A stretch of DNA of 63,346 nt from Spirochaetaceae bacterium (GTDB lineage: Bacteria > Spirochaetota > Spirochaetia > DSM-27196 > PWMO01): assembly GCA_046541715.1 (NCBI GenBank), contig JBKHCS010000005.1, positions 1 to 63,346 of the forward strand. Reading direction: 5' to 3'. The notes beneath the pieces are model-generated. The model was given only the letters and a program-made list of their open reading frames with translations. It was not told the DNA's origin and ran no database searches. Both the position numbers and the translations under genes were made by a program. This document shows positions 10,122 through 18,194 of the stretch, piece after piece; the stretch's first letter is position 1, and every line of letters starts with the position of its first letter.

Positions 10122-10139
10122 TACAGACGTGTAGCTGTA
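10122..10139. promoter_or_regulatory. Palindrome TACAG-N8-CTGTA in the imuA/dus divergent intergenic region (candidate SOS-type operator)
   Basis: Read directly: tACAGacgtgtagCTGTa at 10122-10139, 17 nt upstream of the imuA ATG (10105). On the minus strand it overlaps a TTTACA -35-like hexamer. Confidence 0.3.
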
Positions 10140-10169
10140 AAGAGCCGTTTTGCTTCTTAGGATAAAGGG

Positions 10170-11156
10170 GTGAATGTTGGCTCCGGATGTCTCCCTTGGA
10201 CCGCGACCAAAGATACCCATCACCCCTTGATTCTCGCTCCGATGGCGGGTATCTCCCATGGCGCCTTCCGGCGGCTCGTCGAAGAAACCGCCCCTTTCGA
10301 TCTCTACTTCTCCGAGATGATAAGCGCCGGTCCCCTTCTGTCCCAGGGACGATTCGAAACGTATTACACGGACAGCTACCCGGCCCCTCATCGGGTTGTC
10401 TACCAGCTTCTCTCACCCCGGGCCGACCTTCTGGTAGCCGCCGCCGGACGACTCGCCGAGCTCCGTCCCGGGGGGATCGACGTCAATTTCGGCTGCAGCG
10501 CCCCGGAGGTCGTGCGAAACGGTGGGGGCATAGCCTGGCTCCGGCGGCCCGAAGAGGCTCTCGAGGCGCTCCGGGGAGTCGCTTCTGCGATAACTCCCTT
10601 GCCGCTTTCGGTCAAACTCCGCCTTCCGGAGGGGTACCGACCGGAGACGATGGAAGCCTTTCTCTCTGCGCTGCCGGAGTCCGGCGTCGCGGCGGTAACG
10701 ATCCACCCGCGGCACCAAAGACAGTCTTACAGCCGGCCCTCCCACCGCTCGATATTGAATCGCCTCGCCGCGGCTTCTCCGATTCCCGTTGTCGCCTCGG
10801 GAGACATCTGCGACCGGTCCTCCTTCGATGCGGTCCGTAGAATCCCGGGAATCGCCGGAACGATGATCGGTCGGGGAGCGATTGCCCGGCCCTGGATAAC
10901 CCGGGTGCTACGAGGCACGAACGGCGAAAGCGTGCCCCGGTGGGAACTAGCGAAGCGGTTCTTCGGACTTCTCGAGTCATATCAGCCGGAAGAGTTCTGG
11001 GTATCCCGGTCCCGGCGCTTCTTAACCTACTTTCTCGGGGCCGTTCCCTTCGGGCGCCGCCTTGCGGCCCAGCTTCAAGAAGAATCGGAATATCCGACGA
11101 TACGTCGAGAGGCAGTTGCTTTCCTCCGGCGGCAGGTCCCGGAGACCTCCTTGTGA
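10170..11156 (+). CDS. tRNA-dihydrouridine synthase (Dus family)
   Basis: GTG start. HPLILAPMAGISHGAFRRLVEE and IDVNFGCSAPEV are typical Dus FMN-barrel motifs. 328 aa. Confidence 0.85.
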   Translation: MNVGSGCLPWTATKDTHHPLILAPMAGISHGAFRRLVEETAPFDLYFSEMISAGPLLSQGRFETYYTDSYPAPHRVVYQLLSPRADLLVAAAGRLAELRPGGIDVNFGCSAPEVVRNGGGIAWLRRPEEALEALRGVASAITPLPLSVKLRLPEGYRPETMEAFLSALPESGVAAVTIHPRHQRQSYSRPSHRSILNRLAAASPIPVVASGDICDRSSFDAVRRIPGIAGTMIGRGAIARPWITRVLRGTNGESVPRWELAKRFFGLLESYQPEEFWVSRSRRFLTYFLGAVPFGRRLAAQLQEESEYPTIRREAVAFLRRQVPETSL

Positions 11157-12166
11157 CGAACTCGACCGACCGCCGCTTCCGGCAACTCTTGGTTGCCTCT
11201 TTGATCGTCTTCTTTCTGATTGTCCTCGGAACGGGAGGGTATATGCTCCTCGAGGGATGGTCTTTAGTGGAATCGTTCTACATGACCATTCTGTCGGTGA
11301 GCACTACCGGATTCAGAGAGGTTCGCCCCCTCTCGGTCGAAGGACAGCTGTTCACTGTGTTCCTGATCGTCTTCGGTTTGCTCTCGATTGCCTACGTAGC
11401 CGGTCGGGTGGCTCAGTTCTTCCTCGAGTACTACTTCTTCAGGAGACGCTCCATGGACGCGAAGCTAAAGCGCCTTAAGCAACACCACATCGTCTGCGGG
11501 TTCGGAAGGATGGGGCGGCATATCTGCTCGGTTCTTTCGGAAGCCCATCGGGACTTCGTCGTCGTCGAGCGGAGCGACTCCGGACTCGACGAGCTCCGGG
11601 ACTTCGGCTACCTCCACATCATCGGGGACGCGACCTCCGACGAAGTGCTGCTGAAAGCGGGCGTCGAGGTGGCCGAGGGACTTATCGCCGTCGTTTCGTC
11701 GGACCCGGAGAACGTCTTTACCTGCCTTACGGCTAAGTCTTTGAATCCGCAGATAAAGATTGTCGCTCGGGCTCTCGACGAGGGAACCGAAGCAAAGCTC
11801 CGGAAGGCCGGCGCCGACCGGGTTGTCAAACCGTACGAGCTGGTCGGGCGCCGGATGGCCCAGCTCGTTCTCCGGCCCTCGATTGTCGAGTTTATCGAAT
11901 CGATCGGGCAAACCTCGGGGCAGGACATCAGTATGGAAGAGATCGCGGTACAGACGGGATCGGGCCTCGCAGGGCTCAACCTGGCGGAATCACCCCTCCG
12001 GCGAGAGCTCAACATTATCGTAATCGCGGTGCGAAAAGCCGAAGGCGAGTTTCTCTACAACCCGCCGTCGGATACGGTCATCGAGGCGGGGGACCGTCTG
12101 ATGGCCGTCGGTGACATGAAGGCGCTCCAAGGGCTGACGGCTCTCTGCTCGGAACGGGGAAGGTAG
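11153..12166 (+). CDS. 2-TM pore-loop cation channel with RCK (TrkA-N/TrkA-C) domains
   Basis: ORF 10940..12166 trimmed to the in-frame GTG at 11153 (GTGA overlap with the dus stop). Two hydrophobic helices flank the pore loop SFYMTILSVSTTGFRE. Rossmann motif HIVCGFGRMGRH, then a TrkA-C-like tail. Confidence 0.75.
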   Translation: MTNSTDRRFRQLLVASLIVFFLIVLGTGGYMLLEGWSLVESFYMTILSVSTTGFREVRPLSVEGQLFTVFLIVFGLLSIAYVAGRVAQFFLEYYFFRRRSMDAKLKRLKQHHIVCGFGRMGRHICSVLSEAHRDFVVVERSDSGLDELRDFGYLHIIGDATSDEVLLKAGVEVAEGLIAVVSSDPENVFTCLTAKSLNPQIKIVARALDEGTEAKLRKAGADRVVKPYELVGRRMAQLVLRPSIVEFIESIGQTSGQDISMEEIAVQTGSGLAGLNLAESPLRRELNIIVIAVRKAEGEFLYNPPSDTVIEAGDRLMAVGDMKALQGLTALCSERGR

Positions 12167-12217
12167 CCGGATGGGAACCCACGTGACCTGGAATGCTCGG
12201 CTCTTGGACCCCGACCG

Positions 12218-13033
12218 GTGAGATTGGCCGTCCTCTCGGATCTCCACCTCGACGGCTACCCGGACCCCGAAGAGCTCTTGAACGCGGTCATCGTGTCGGC
12301 GATCGAGGGCGGCGCCGCGGGGTTTCTGCTGGCCGGGGACATTTCCGGAGACTACGAGCTTACGTTGGAGACGCTCCACCGGATGGACCGGGCCTTCGAC
12401 CAGGGTTGCTTTTTTGTTCCGGGGAATCACGATATCTGGAATCAGAACCATCGGCGTCTTACTTCCTGGGACATCTACCATCGCCTCTTGTCCTACCCGA
12501 AAAACTTGGCCCGGGGTCCCTTCGAGCTCGGAACGGGGTGGAAACTGGTCGGAGACATTGGGTGGTACGACTACACCTTCGGGTCGGCGGCTTTTACCCG
12601 GGAAGAGTTCGACCGTATGGAGTACCGGGGACGGGTCTGGCAGGACAGGACGTTCGCACTCTGGGGGATGTCGCCCGCCGACGTTCACCGGCACTTCTTG
12701 GCAAAGTTGCAACGGCAACTTCTTTCAGGGGCGAGGGAGCGCCGGACAGTCATGGTAACCCACGTCGTTCCGGTGAGGGAGTTTACGGTTCCTTTTCGTC
12801 CGCGCATGTGGGACTACTTGAACGCTTTCATGGGTGGGGAATCGTATGGAGAATTGGCTCACCGGGCAGGAGTCGATATAGCGATTAGCGGACACGTTCA
12901 CTTTCGCCGGCAGGTGGTTCGAGAGGGAACCAGGTTTATCTGTAACTGTCTCGGATACCGGTACCAGTGGAGGAGCGGCCGGAACCCCTACGTCGAAATC
13001 CCCGGGGCGCTTACCTACCTGGAGCTCAGCTAG
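12218..13033 (+). CDS. Calcineurin-like metallophosphoesterase
   Basis: GTG start. Motifs LSDLHLD, AGDISGD, PGNHDIW, ISGHVHF. Confidence 0.8.
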   Translation: MRLAVLSDLHLDGYPDPEELLNAVIVSAIEGGAAGFLLAGDISGDYELTLETLHRMDRAFDQGCFFVPGNHDIWNQNHRRLTSWDIYHRLLSYPKNLARGPFELGTGWKLVGDIGWYDYTFGSAAFTREEFDRMEYRGRVWQDRTFALWGMSPADVHRHFLAKLQRQLLSGARERRTVMVTHVVPVREFTVPFRPRMWDYLNAFMGGESYGELAHRAGVDIAISGHVHFRRQVVREGTRFICNCLGYRYQWRSGRNPYVEIPGALTYLELS

Positions 13034-13043
13034 GGGTTCGGAG

Positions 13044-13850
13044 CTACTGCGACATCGAGAGGATCTTCTTGCTGCTCCGCCTTAGAGCCATTTCGAGGAG
13101 CCCCGGAAAGAAACGCTGAGCCAATCGCAAAAGGGGCCCGTAAACGGTGAGATAGGCGCGCTTTTTCCGGCGGCGGACCGCGGAGAAGACCGCTCTTGCC
13201 ACGTCGGTTTGGCTGCTCCGGGCGGGCCGGGTAATGGCTTCTTGGCTCCCGTCCCCACGGAAGACCGTCTTATCCGGGTCGTTCTCGGTAAAACCTACGT
13301 AGACGATTCCGACGTGAACGCCCGAACCGACCAACTCGACCCGAAGGGCGTCGGCAAAGGCGGTTAATCCCATCTTGGCGGCGGAGTAGGCGGCGATGCC
13401 CGGAAAACCCCGGAGCCCCGCGAGGCTCGAAATAAAGAGAAGGCTCCCTTTGGATTCTCTCAAGGCGGGTAGGGCTGCCCGTGTCATGACGGCGCTTCCT
13501 ACCAGGTTTGTCTCGAACATCGCCCGGAATACCGTGGCTTCGGTGTCTTCGAAGCGTCCCCGCATGGATATCCCGGCGTTATTGATAAGGACGTCCAGGC
13601 GGCCGAAACGGTCGAGAGTGCTCTTGAGAAGGTGACTCGCATCGTCCTCTTTTGTAACGTCCCCGGCAACAGAGAGGAGGCGGCCCGAACCGTCGTCGAG
13701 TTGGCTCTGAGTAACGCCGAGCTTGGCGGTATCTCGGCCGTTTATCACGACGCCGTAGCCGTTACGGAGAAAAAGGCGGGCCGTCTCCCTGCCGATTCCC
13801 TTGCTTGACCCGGTAACAATGGCCACTCGAGGGCCCCTTGGACGTTCCAT
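13044..13850 (-). CDS. Short-chain dehydrogenase/reductase (SDR)
   Basis: VAIVTGSSKGIGRETA (TGxxxGxG), INNAGI, YSAAK catalytic motif. 268 aa. Confidence 0.9.
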   Translation of the reverse strand: MERPRGPRVAIVTGSSKGIGRETARLFLRNGYGVVINGRDTAKLGVTQSQLDDGSGRLLSVAGDVTKEDDASHLLKSTLDRFGRLDVLINNAGISMRGRFEDTEATVFRAMFETNLVGSAVMTRAALPALRESKGSLLFISSLAGLRGFPGIAAYSAAKMGLTAFADALRVELVGSGVHVGIVYVGFTENDPDKTVFRGDGSQEAITRPARSSQTDVARAVFSAVRRRKKRAYLTVYGPLLRLAQRFFPGLLEMALRRSSKKILSMSQ

Positions 13851-13870
13851 CTTGTCTCCTCCGAGGGGCC

Positions 13871-14836
13871 TTAGGTTCTCGGGTTGAAGGTAGAGACCTT
13901 CGCGAGACGCTGGAATAACTCCCGCTCCTCCTCGGAAAGCCGGGGAGGAACGGTTACCGAGACAACGGCGTAAAGATCCCCGGCTCCGCCTCCGGCCTTC
14001 TTGAGACCCTTTCCTTTCAGACGAAGCCGCTTGCCCGATGGGGTTCCCGGCGCGAGGGAGACCGAAGCGGTTCCGCCGACGATGGGGACGTCAATCTTGG
14101 ATCCAAGGGCCGCTTCCCAGGGTGTTACCGGGACATCGACCTCGATATCGGAACCGTTTACCCGGAAGGTTGGGTGTTCCGCTATCTTGATGACGAGATA
14201 AAGATCCCCCTTCGGGGAGCCCCCGCCCCCTTCGCCGCCCTGGCCGGCAAGGCGTAGGCGGTAACCGTCTGTTACTCCGGCGGGTAGATTGACCTCGAAG
14301 TTGCGCCGGCGGCTCCGGGTGCGGCCGTAGTCGTCGGTTTCCCTCTGCTCGAGATTGATACTCTTACGGCCCCCGAAGTAGGCATCTTCGAGGGTGACCG
14401 TAACGATGGCTTCCTGGTCTTCTCCCTTGCGGGACCGGGGCGCCCGGGTAAACCCGTCGGCGGCGCCGAAACCACCGAAAAGCGACTCGAAAAAGTCGCT
14501 AAAACCACCCCCGAGGTCTTCGAAGTGAAAAGAGGTAAACCCTCCGCCGGTACGCCCGGCGGTCCGGCCGAAACCTTCCCACCCCGGGGGTGGGGTGAAG
14601 TCTTCTCCCGCTTGCCAGTTGTTCCCGAGGGTGTCGTAGCGTTTCCGTTTCTCCGGGTCCTTGAGCACCTCATAAGCCTCGTTGATCTCTTTGAAACGGT
14701 CCTCGGCTTCTTTGGTCTTGTTTATATCCGGGTGGTACTTCCTCGCCAGCTTGCGGTAGGCGCTGTGAATTTCCTCCGGGCTCGCCTTGCGGTCGAGCCC
14801 GAGAGTCTCGTAGTAATCATGATACTTAACCGTCAA
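13871..14836 (-). CDS. J-domain co-chaperone without zinc finger (CbpA-like DnaJ-class protein)
   Basis: DYYETLGL...[15 protein letters not shown]-domain with HPD, a G/F-rich linker and DnaJ C-terminal domains. No CxxCxGxG repeats. TTG start at 14836 forms a TTGA overlap with the htrA stop. Confidence 0.85.
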   Translation of the reverse strand: MTVKYHDYYETLGLDRKASPEEIHSAYRKLARKYHPDINKTKEAEDRFKEINEAYEVLKDPEKRKRYDTLGNNWQAGEDFTPPPGWEGFGRTAGRTGGGFTSFHFEDLGGGFSDFFESLFGGFGAADGFTRAPRSRKGEDQEAIVTVTLEDAYFGGRKSINLEQRETDDYGRTRSRRRNFEVNLPAGVTDGYRLRLAGQGGEGGGGSPKGDLYLVIKIAEHPTFRVNGSDIEVDVPVTPWEAALGSKIDVPIVGGTASVSLAPGTPSGKRLRLKGKGLKKAGGGAGDLYAVVSVTVPPRLSEEERELFQRLAKVSTFNPRT

Positions 14837-16377
14837 AGGCTCTCCATTCCTACAACGATTCTATTTCCCTGCCGGACGATTCTAAAGAGGATTTCGTCCC
14901 CGGCGGAATTATTGATCTCCTGGTAGAACTGCCGTACCGAGTCGATCGCATTATCGTTTACGGAGACGATAATGTCTCCCCCCCGGACGCCGGCAACCGC
15001 CGCCGGGCTTTCGGGGACGACCGAAGCGACGATAACGCCCTCCACGTTGCCGGGCACCTGACGCTGTTCTCGAAGCTCGTCGGTAATTCCTATGGCCAAC
15101 ATTCCCGGCCAGAGATCGCTGGACTCGGCAACCTCCTCCTCGGTTCCTCGTCGCTCGAGGGTTACCGAAGCGGTCTGCTCCTCGCCATTACGAATATAAC
15201 GGAAAGAGACGCTGCGCCCGGGCTCGATGTTGCCGATAACCCGGGTAAGCTCAATCGAGTCGTCGACGTTGGTATCTCCGACCCGAGTAATGAAATCCCC
15301 GGGGCGGAGCCCCGAGCGCTCCGCCGGAGAACCTCGATGAACGTTGAGCACCAGAGCGCCCCCGGTACCGTCGATACCCAGGTCCTCGGCGAGGTGCGGC
15401 AGCACGTCTTCCGAGACATCCTGGATGCTCACCCCGAGCCACCCGTAGACGATTCGTCCTTCGGAAATAAAGTCTTCAATAGCCCGTTTGGCATTGTTTA
15501 TCGGTATGGCGAACCCGATACCGACACTCCCGCCGGTTCGGGAGGCGATCCACGTGTTGATACCGATAACCTCGCCGTCCAGGTTAACCAAGGCGCCCCC
15601 GGAGTTCCCGGGGTTAACCGAGGCATCGGTTTGAATGTAGTCGGTAAACCCGGAGATCGACGAACCGGGAGCCGCCCGGCGCCCTAGGGCGCTGACGATA
15701 CCGGCGGTTACCGTCGACTCAAAGCCGAAGGGGTTTCCGATGGCCATTACCCAGTCTCCGACCCGGAGATTGTCCGAGTCTCCAAGGAGAGCGAGGGGAA
15801 GGTCCTCGTTGGTTTGGAAGCGGACCAAAGCGAGGTCCGTTCTAGCGTCCTTACCGACGATCTCGGCGTCGAACTCCCGTTGATCGGAGAGGGTGATCGA
15901 AATTTCGGTCGCGTCTCCCACAACATGATTGTTGGTCAGAGCGTAGACCGTGTTGTCGTCCCGCCGGACGATGACGCCGGAACCGAGGCCCGGTCGGCGG
16001 AATTCTCGCTCTTCGTTCTGATCGGGGGGGCTAGGGCCGAAGAAGAAGTCGAAGGGGTTCTGCGGATTCTCCTGGGTGACTACCTGGACCGTATTGACCT
16101 GAACGACGACCGGAAGGACATCCTGGGCAACCCGACGAAAGGTATTCTGAAGGGAGCGGGCGGCGTTGAGGTCCCGGAGCTCCTCGTCGGTGAGGTTTGA
16201 TTGGCGACGCGGAGGAGCATCCGACTGTTCGGTCTCCGCCCGGCCGCTGACGAGTTGGTAGTCTTCCTCGGCATCGTCCTCCGACGACCGGCCGGCAAAA
16301 AACGCCGCCGCCGCGATTATCAGGACCACGAGCAGGCCGCCACCGGCAAACAACCCAATCCTTGTTTTCTTGTTCAT
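14833..16377 (-). CDS. htrA: HtrA/DegP-family periplasmic serine protease with two PDZ domains
   Basis: ORF trimmed to the ATG at 16377 ([21 protein letters not shown] anchor, GGAGGAGGG upstream). Triad contexts [19 protein letters not shown]. Two PDZ-like segments. Confidence 0.9.
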   Translation of the reverse strand: MNKKTRIGLFAGGGLLVVLIIAAAAFFAGRSSEDDAEEDYQLVSGRAETEQSDAPPRRQSNLTDEELRDLNAARSLQNTFRRVAQDVLPVVVQVNTVQVVTQENPQNPFDFFFGPSPPDQNEEREFRRPGLGSGVIVRRDDNTVYALTNNHVVGDATEISITLSDQREFDAEIVGKDARTDLALVRFQTNEDLPLALLGDSDNLRVGDWVMAIGNPFGFESTVTAGIVSALGRRAAPGSSISGFTDYIQTDASVNPGNSGGALVNLDGEVIGINTWIASRTGGSVGIGFAIPINNAKRAIEDFISEGRIVYGWLGVSIQDVSEDVLPHLAEDLGIDGTGGALVLNVHRGSPAERSGLRPGDFITRVGDTNVDDSIELTRVIGNIEPGRSVSFRYIRNGEEQTASVTLERRGTEEEVAESSDLWPGMLAIGITDELREQRQVPGNVEGVIVASVVPESPAAVAGVRGGDIIVSVNDNAIDSVRQFYQEINNSAGDEILFRIVRQGNRIVVGMESL

Positions 16378-16595
16378 CTGAGTCCCTCCTCCTTGGTAGA
16401 ATATAGTAACGCAGGGCCAAGGGTACCCAGCGTTATACGCAGGAACTGTGCCAGGGTTGCGGCAAAAATCGGCCTCTTTCGGGGCAACGGATGGGTAGCC
16501 GTTATCCACTCTTCGGGTGGATGGGTCGAATAGTAACAACCGGCGCCGGTTACTCTGGAAGTGGCGTCCTATTTCTACTAAGCTGTTGCCACCCG

Positions 16596-18131
16596 ATGAG
16601 CAGAGAGAGAGCCAAGATCGTCGCAATAGGTTCCGGTAAGGGTGGGGTCGGGAAATCGACGACGGCGATAAACCTGACGCTTATTCTGGCAAAGAAGGGA
16701 CTCCGGGTCGCCTTGGCAGATCTAGACCCCCTGTCGAATCTGAGGACCATTCTCGACCTTCCGGAGATCGAGGTCACCGGTGACGATTCCCCGCGTCGGA
16801 TCGCGGCATTCCCCCGGGTCGATCTTCTCTATCCGGCTCCGACGCTAAAGGGGGAGGAAACCCGCCGGCAGCGGAGCGACTTCGCCCTTGAGCTCTCCGA
16901 CGGAATGGCCGGACGGTACGACGTAATCCTTCTGGATCTTCCGGCGGGCATCAATGCGGAGGAGAACCTATCGTACTTGCCCTTGGTGTCGCACCTTCTG
17001 GTGGTGGTTCAGCCCGAGCCCACCTCTCTGGTTTCCGCCGGGGGCTACATTCGAGCGGCCTGGGAGATCGATCCCAATCTCCGGATACACCTCTGGTACA
17101 ACAAATTTGCCTTCGAATCTGCCGCCGAGACGCTGACGTCCGGGGTCGTGGAGACCTACAACCGGTACGCACCGGAAGAGCTACAACTCCCCGAAAAGGT
17201 TGGCGACGCGATCTCTGCTCTTGCGTATATCCCGCCGGACCTCGCCTTAGACCTTCTCGAGACGTCGTTTACCCTGGAAGGCCACGCCCTCTACAAGACT
17301 CAAGGAATTCTCTCTTTTCTCTTCGACCGTTTGACCCCGTTACCGAGAGGTCTCGACACCCCGGAGGCCCGACTGATAAAGGCCCGGATGCAGCGGGTGT
17401 ACGTCGTACGGGACGTTGGCGAGACCGCCCGGCGTCTGGTGGCAGAGGGGCCCGAGGGCGTGTCGTTGGAGGGATACGTCGAGACCCTCAAGGCTTTTTC
17501 GGTTCGCCGGCGTACCGGGGCGGCCCTGGAGTTTATTTCCCAGCGGTTGGAAGAGATTCACGGGGCACCGGGTGGTTACGACGCACCGACTGCTTCCCGC
17601 CGGCAACGGCAGGCAGTGGACCTTATTCTTCGGCTCCTCAAAGAGGTCGCCGCTTCTCCCGCGCTGCTGCGAAACAGCGACGTACGCAATTCGGGAGGGG
17701 TGCTCCTGTTCTACCTGGCGGTGCTAAAGCTGCTTTCCCACCGCACCGTCTCCGCCGCGGTAGAAGGGTTTCTTCCGGTTCGAGAGGACGGCCGGAGAAG
17801 CGTCCGGGACCGTCGCAGGCAGATCGCCTTTCTCGTCGAACGGGATGATGAGTATCACCGGCGCTTTTACTCTCTTGTTCAGCGTCTCTTCCCGCTCCTG
17901 ATGAGGCAGACCGCCCGGTTGTCGGACTCCTTCGGCCTCGGCCCCCTGCTTCTCCGGGACGCCTCGGGCGCGGTAAACCGCTCGGCTTACCTAAAGCTGC
18001 TGACCCGATACCTCCACGATACCCTTAACAGCGGGCTTGGTGTCCTCGTCGGACTCACGATGACGCCCGCGGCAGTGGCCTTTTCCAAGGGGGTGGAATC
18101 ATTGCTCGATGAGATGTACCCAAAAAGGTAA
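16596..18131 (+). CDS. MinD/ParA-type P-loop ATPase with an uncharacterised C-terminal extension of roughly 250-300 aa
   Basis: ORF trimmed to the ATG at 16596 (MSRERAKIVAIGSGKGGVGKSTTAINL, deviant Walker A; LADLDP). The C-terminal half (roughly 250-300 residues; the boundary is not sharp) is helical and Arg/Leu-rich, with no motif I recognise. Confidence 0.75.
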   Translation: MSRERAKIVAIGSGKGGVGKSTTAINLTLILAKKGLRVALADLDPLSNLRTILDLPEIEVTGDDSPRRIAAFPRVDLLYPAPTLKGEETRRQRSDFALELSDGMAGRYDVILLDLPAGINAEENLSYLPLVSHLLVVVQPEPTSLVSAGGYIRAAWEIDPNLRIHLWYNKFAFESAAETLTSGVVETYNRYAPEELQLPEKVGDAISALAYIPPDLALDLLETSFTLEGHALYKTQGILSFLFDRLTPLPRGLDTPEARLIKARMQRVYVVRDVGETARRLVAEGPEGVSLEGYVETLKAFSVRRRTGAALEFISQRLEEIHGAPGGYDAPTASRRQRQAVDLILRLLKEVAASPALLRNSDVRNSGGVLLFYLAVLKLLSHRTVSAAVEGFLPVREDGRRSVRDRRRQIAFLVERDDEYHRRFYSLVQRLFPLLMRQTARLSDSFGLGPLLLRDASGAVNRSAYLKLLTRYLHDTLNSGLGVLVGLTMTPAAVAFSKGVESLLDEMYPKR

Positions 18132-18194
18132 CGACCTCGCGTCATGCCGCAGTTTGGGGTATACTAATCTGTCTTTGGGAGGGGACGATCTAGC

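Noticed and set aside
10940-11152. N-terminal extensions of listed ORFs (this one; also 2117-2410, 8078-8194, 16378-16626, 29097-29372, 39919-40122)
   Set aside because: The extensions overlap the preceding or opposite genes and are Arg/Pro-rich. They precede an internal start that restores the expected family N-terminus, signal peptide or start/stop coupling.
16397-16540. Repeated 8-mers (ATAGTAAC twice, GGATGGGT twice) and a small hairpin in the htrA / MinD-like divergent region
   Set aside because: The repeats are short enough to occur by chance. The hairpin has only a 4-bp stem once base-pairing is checked carefully. The support is not enough for a claim.
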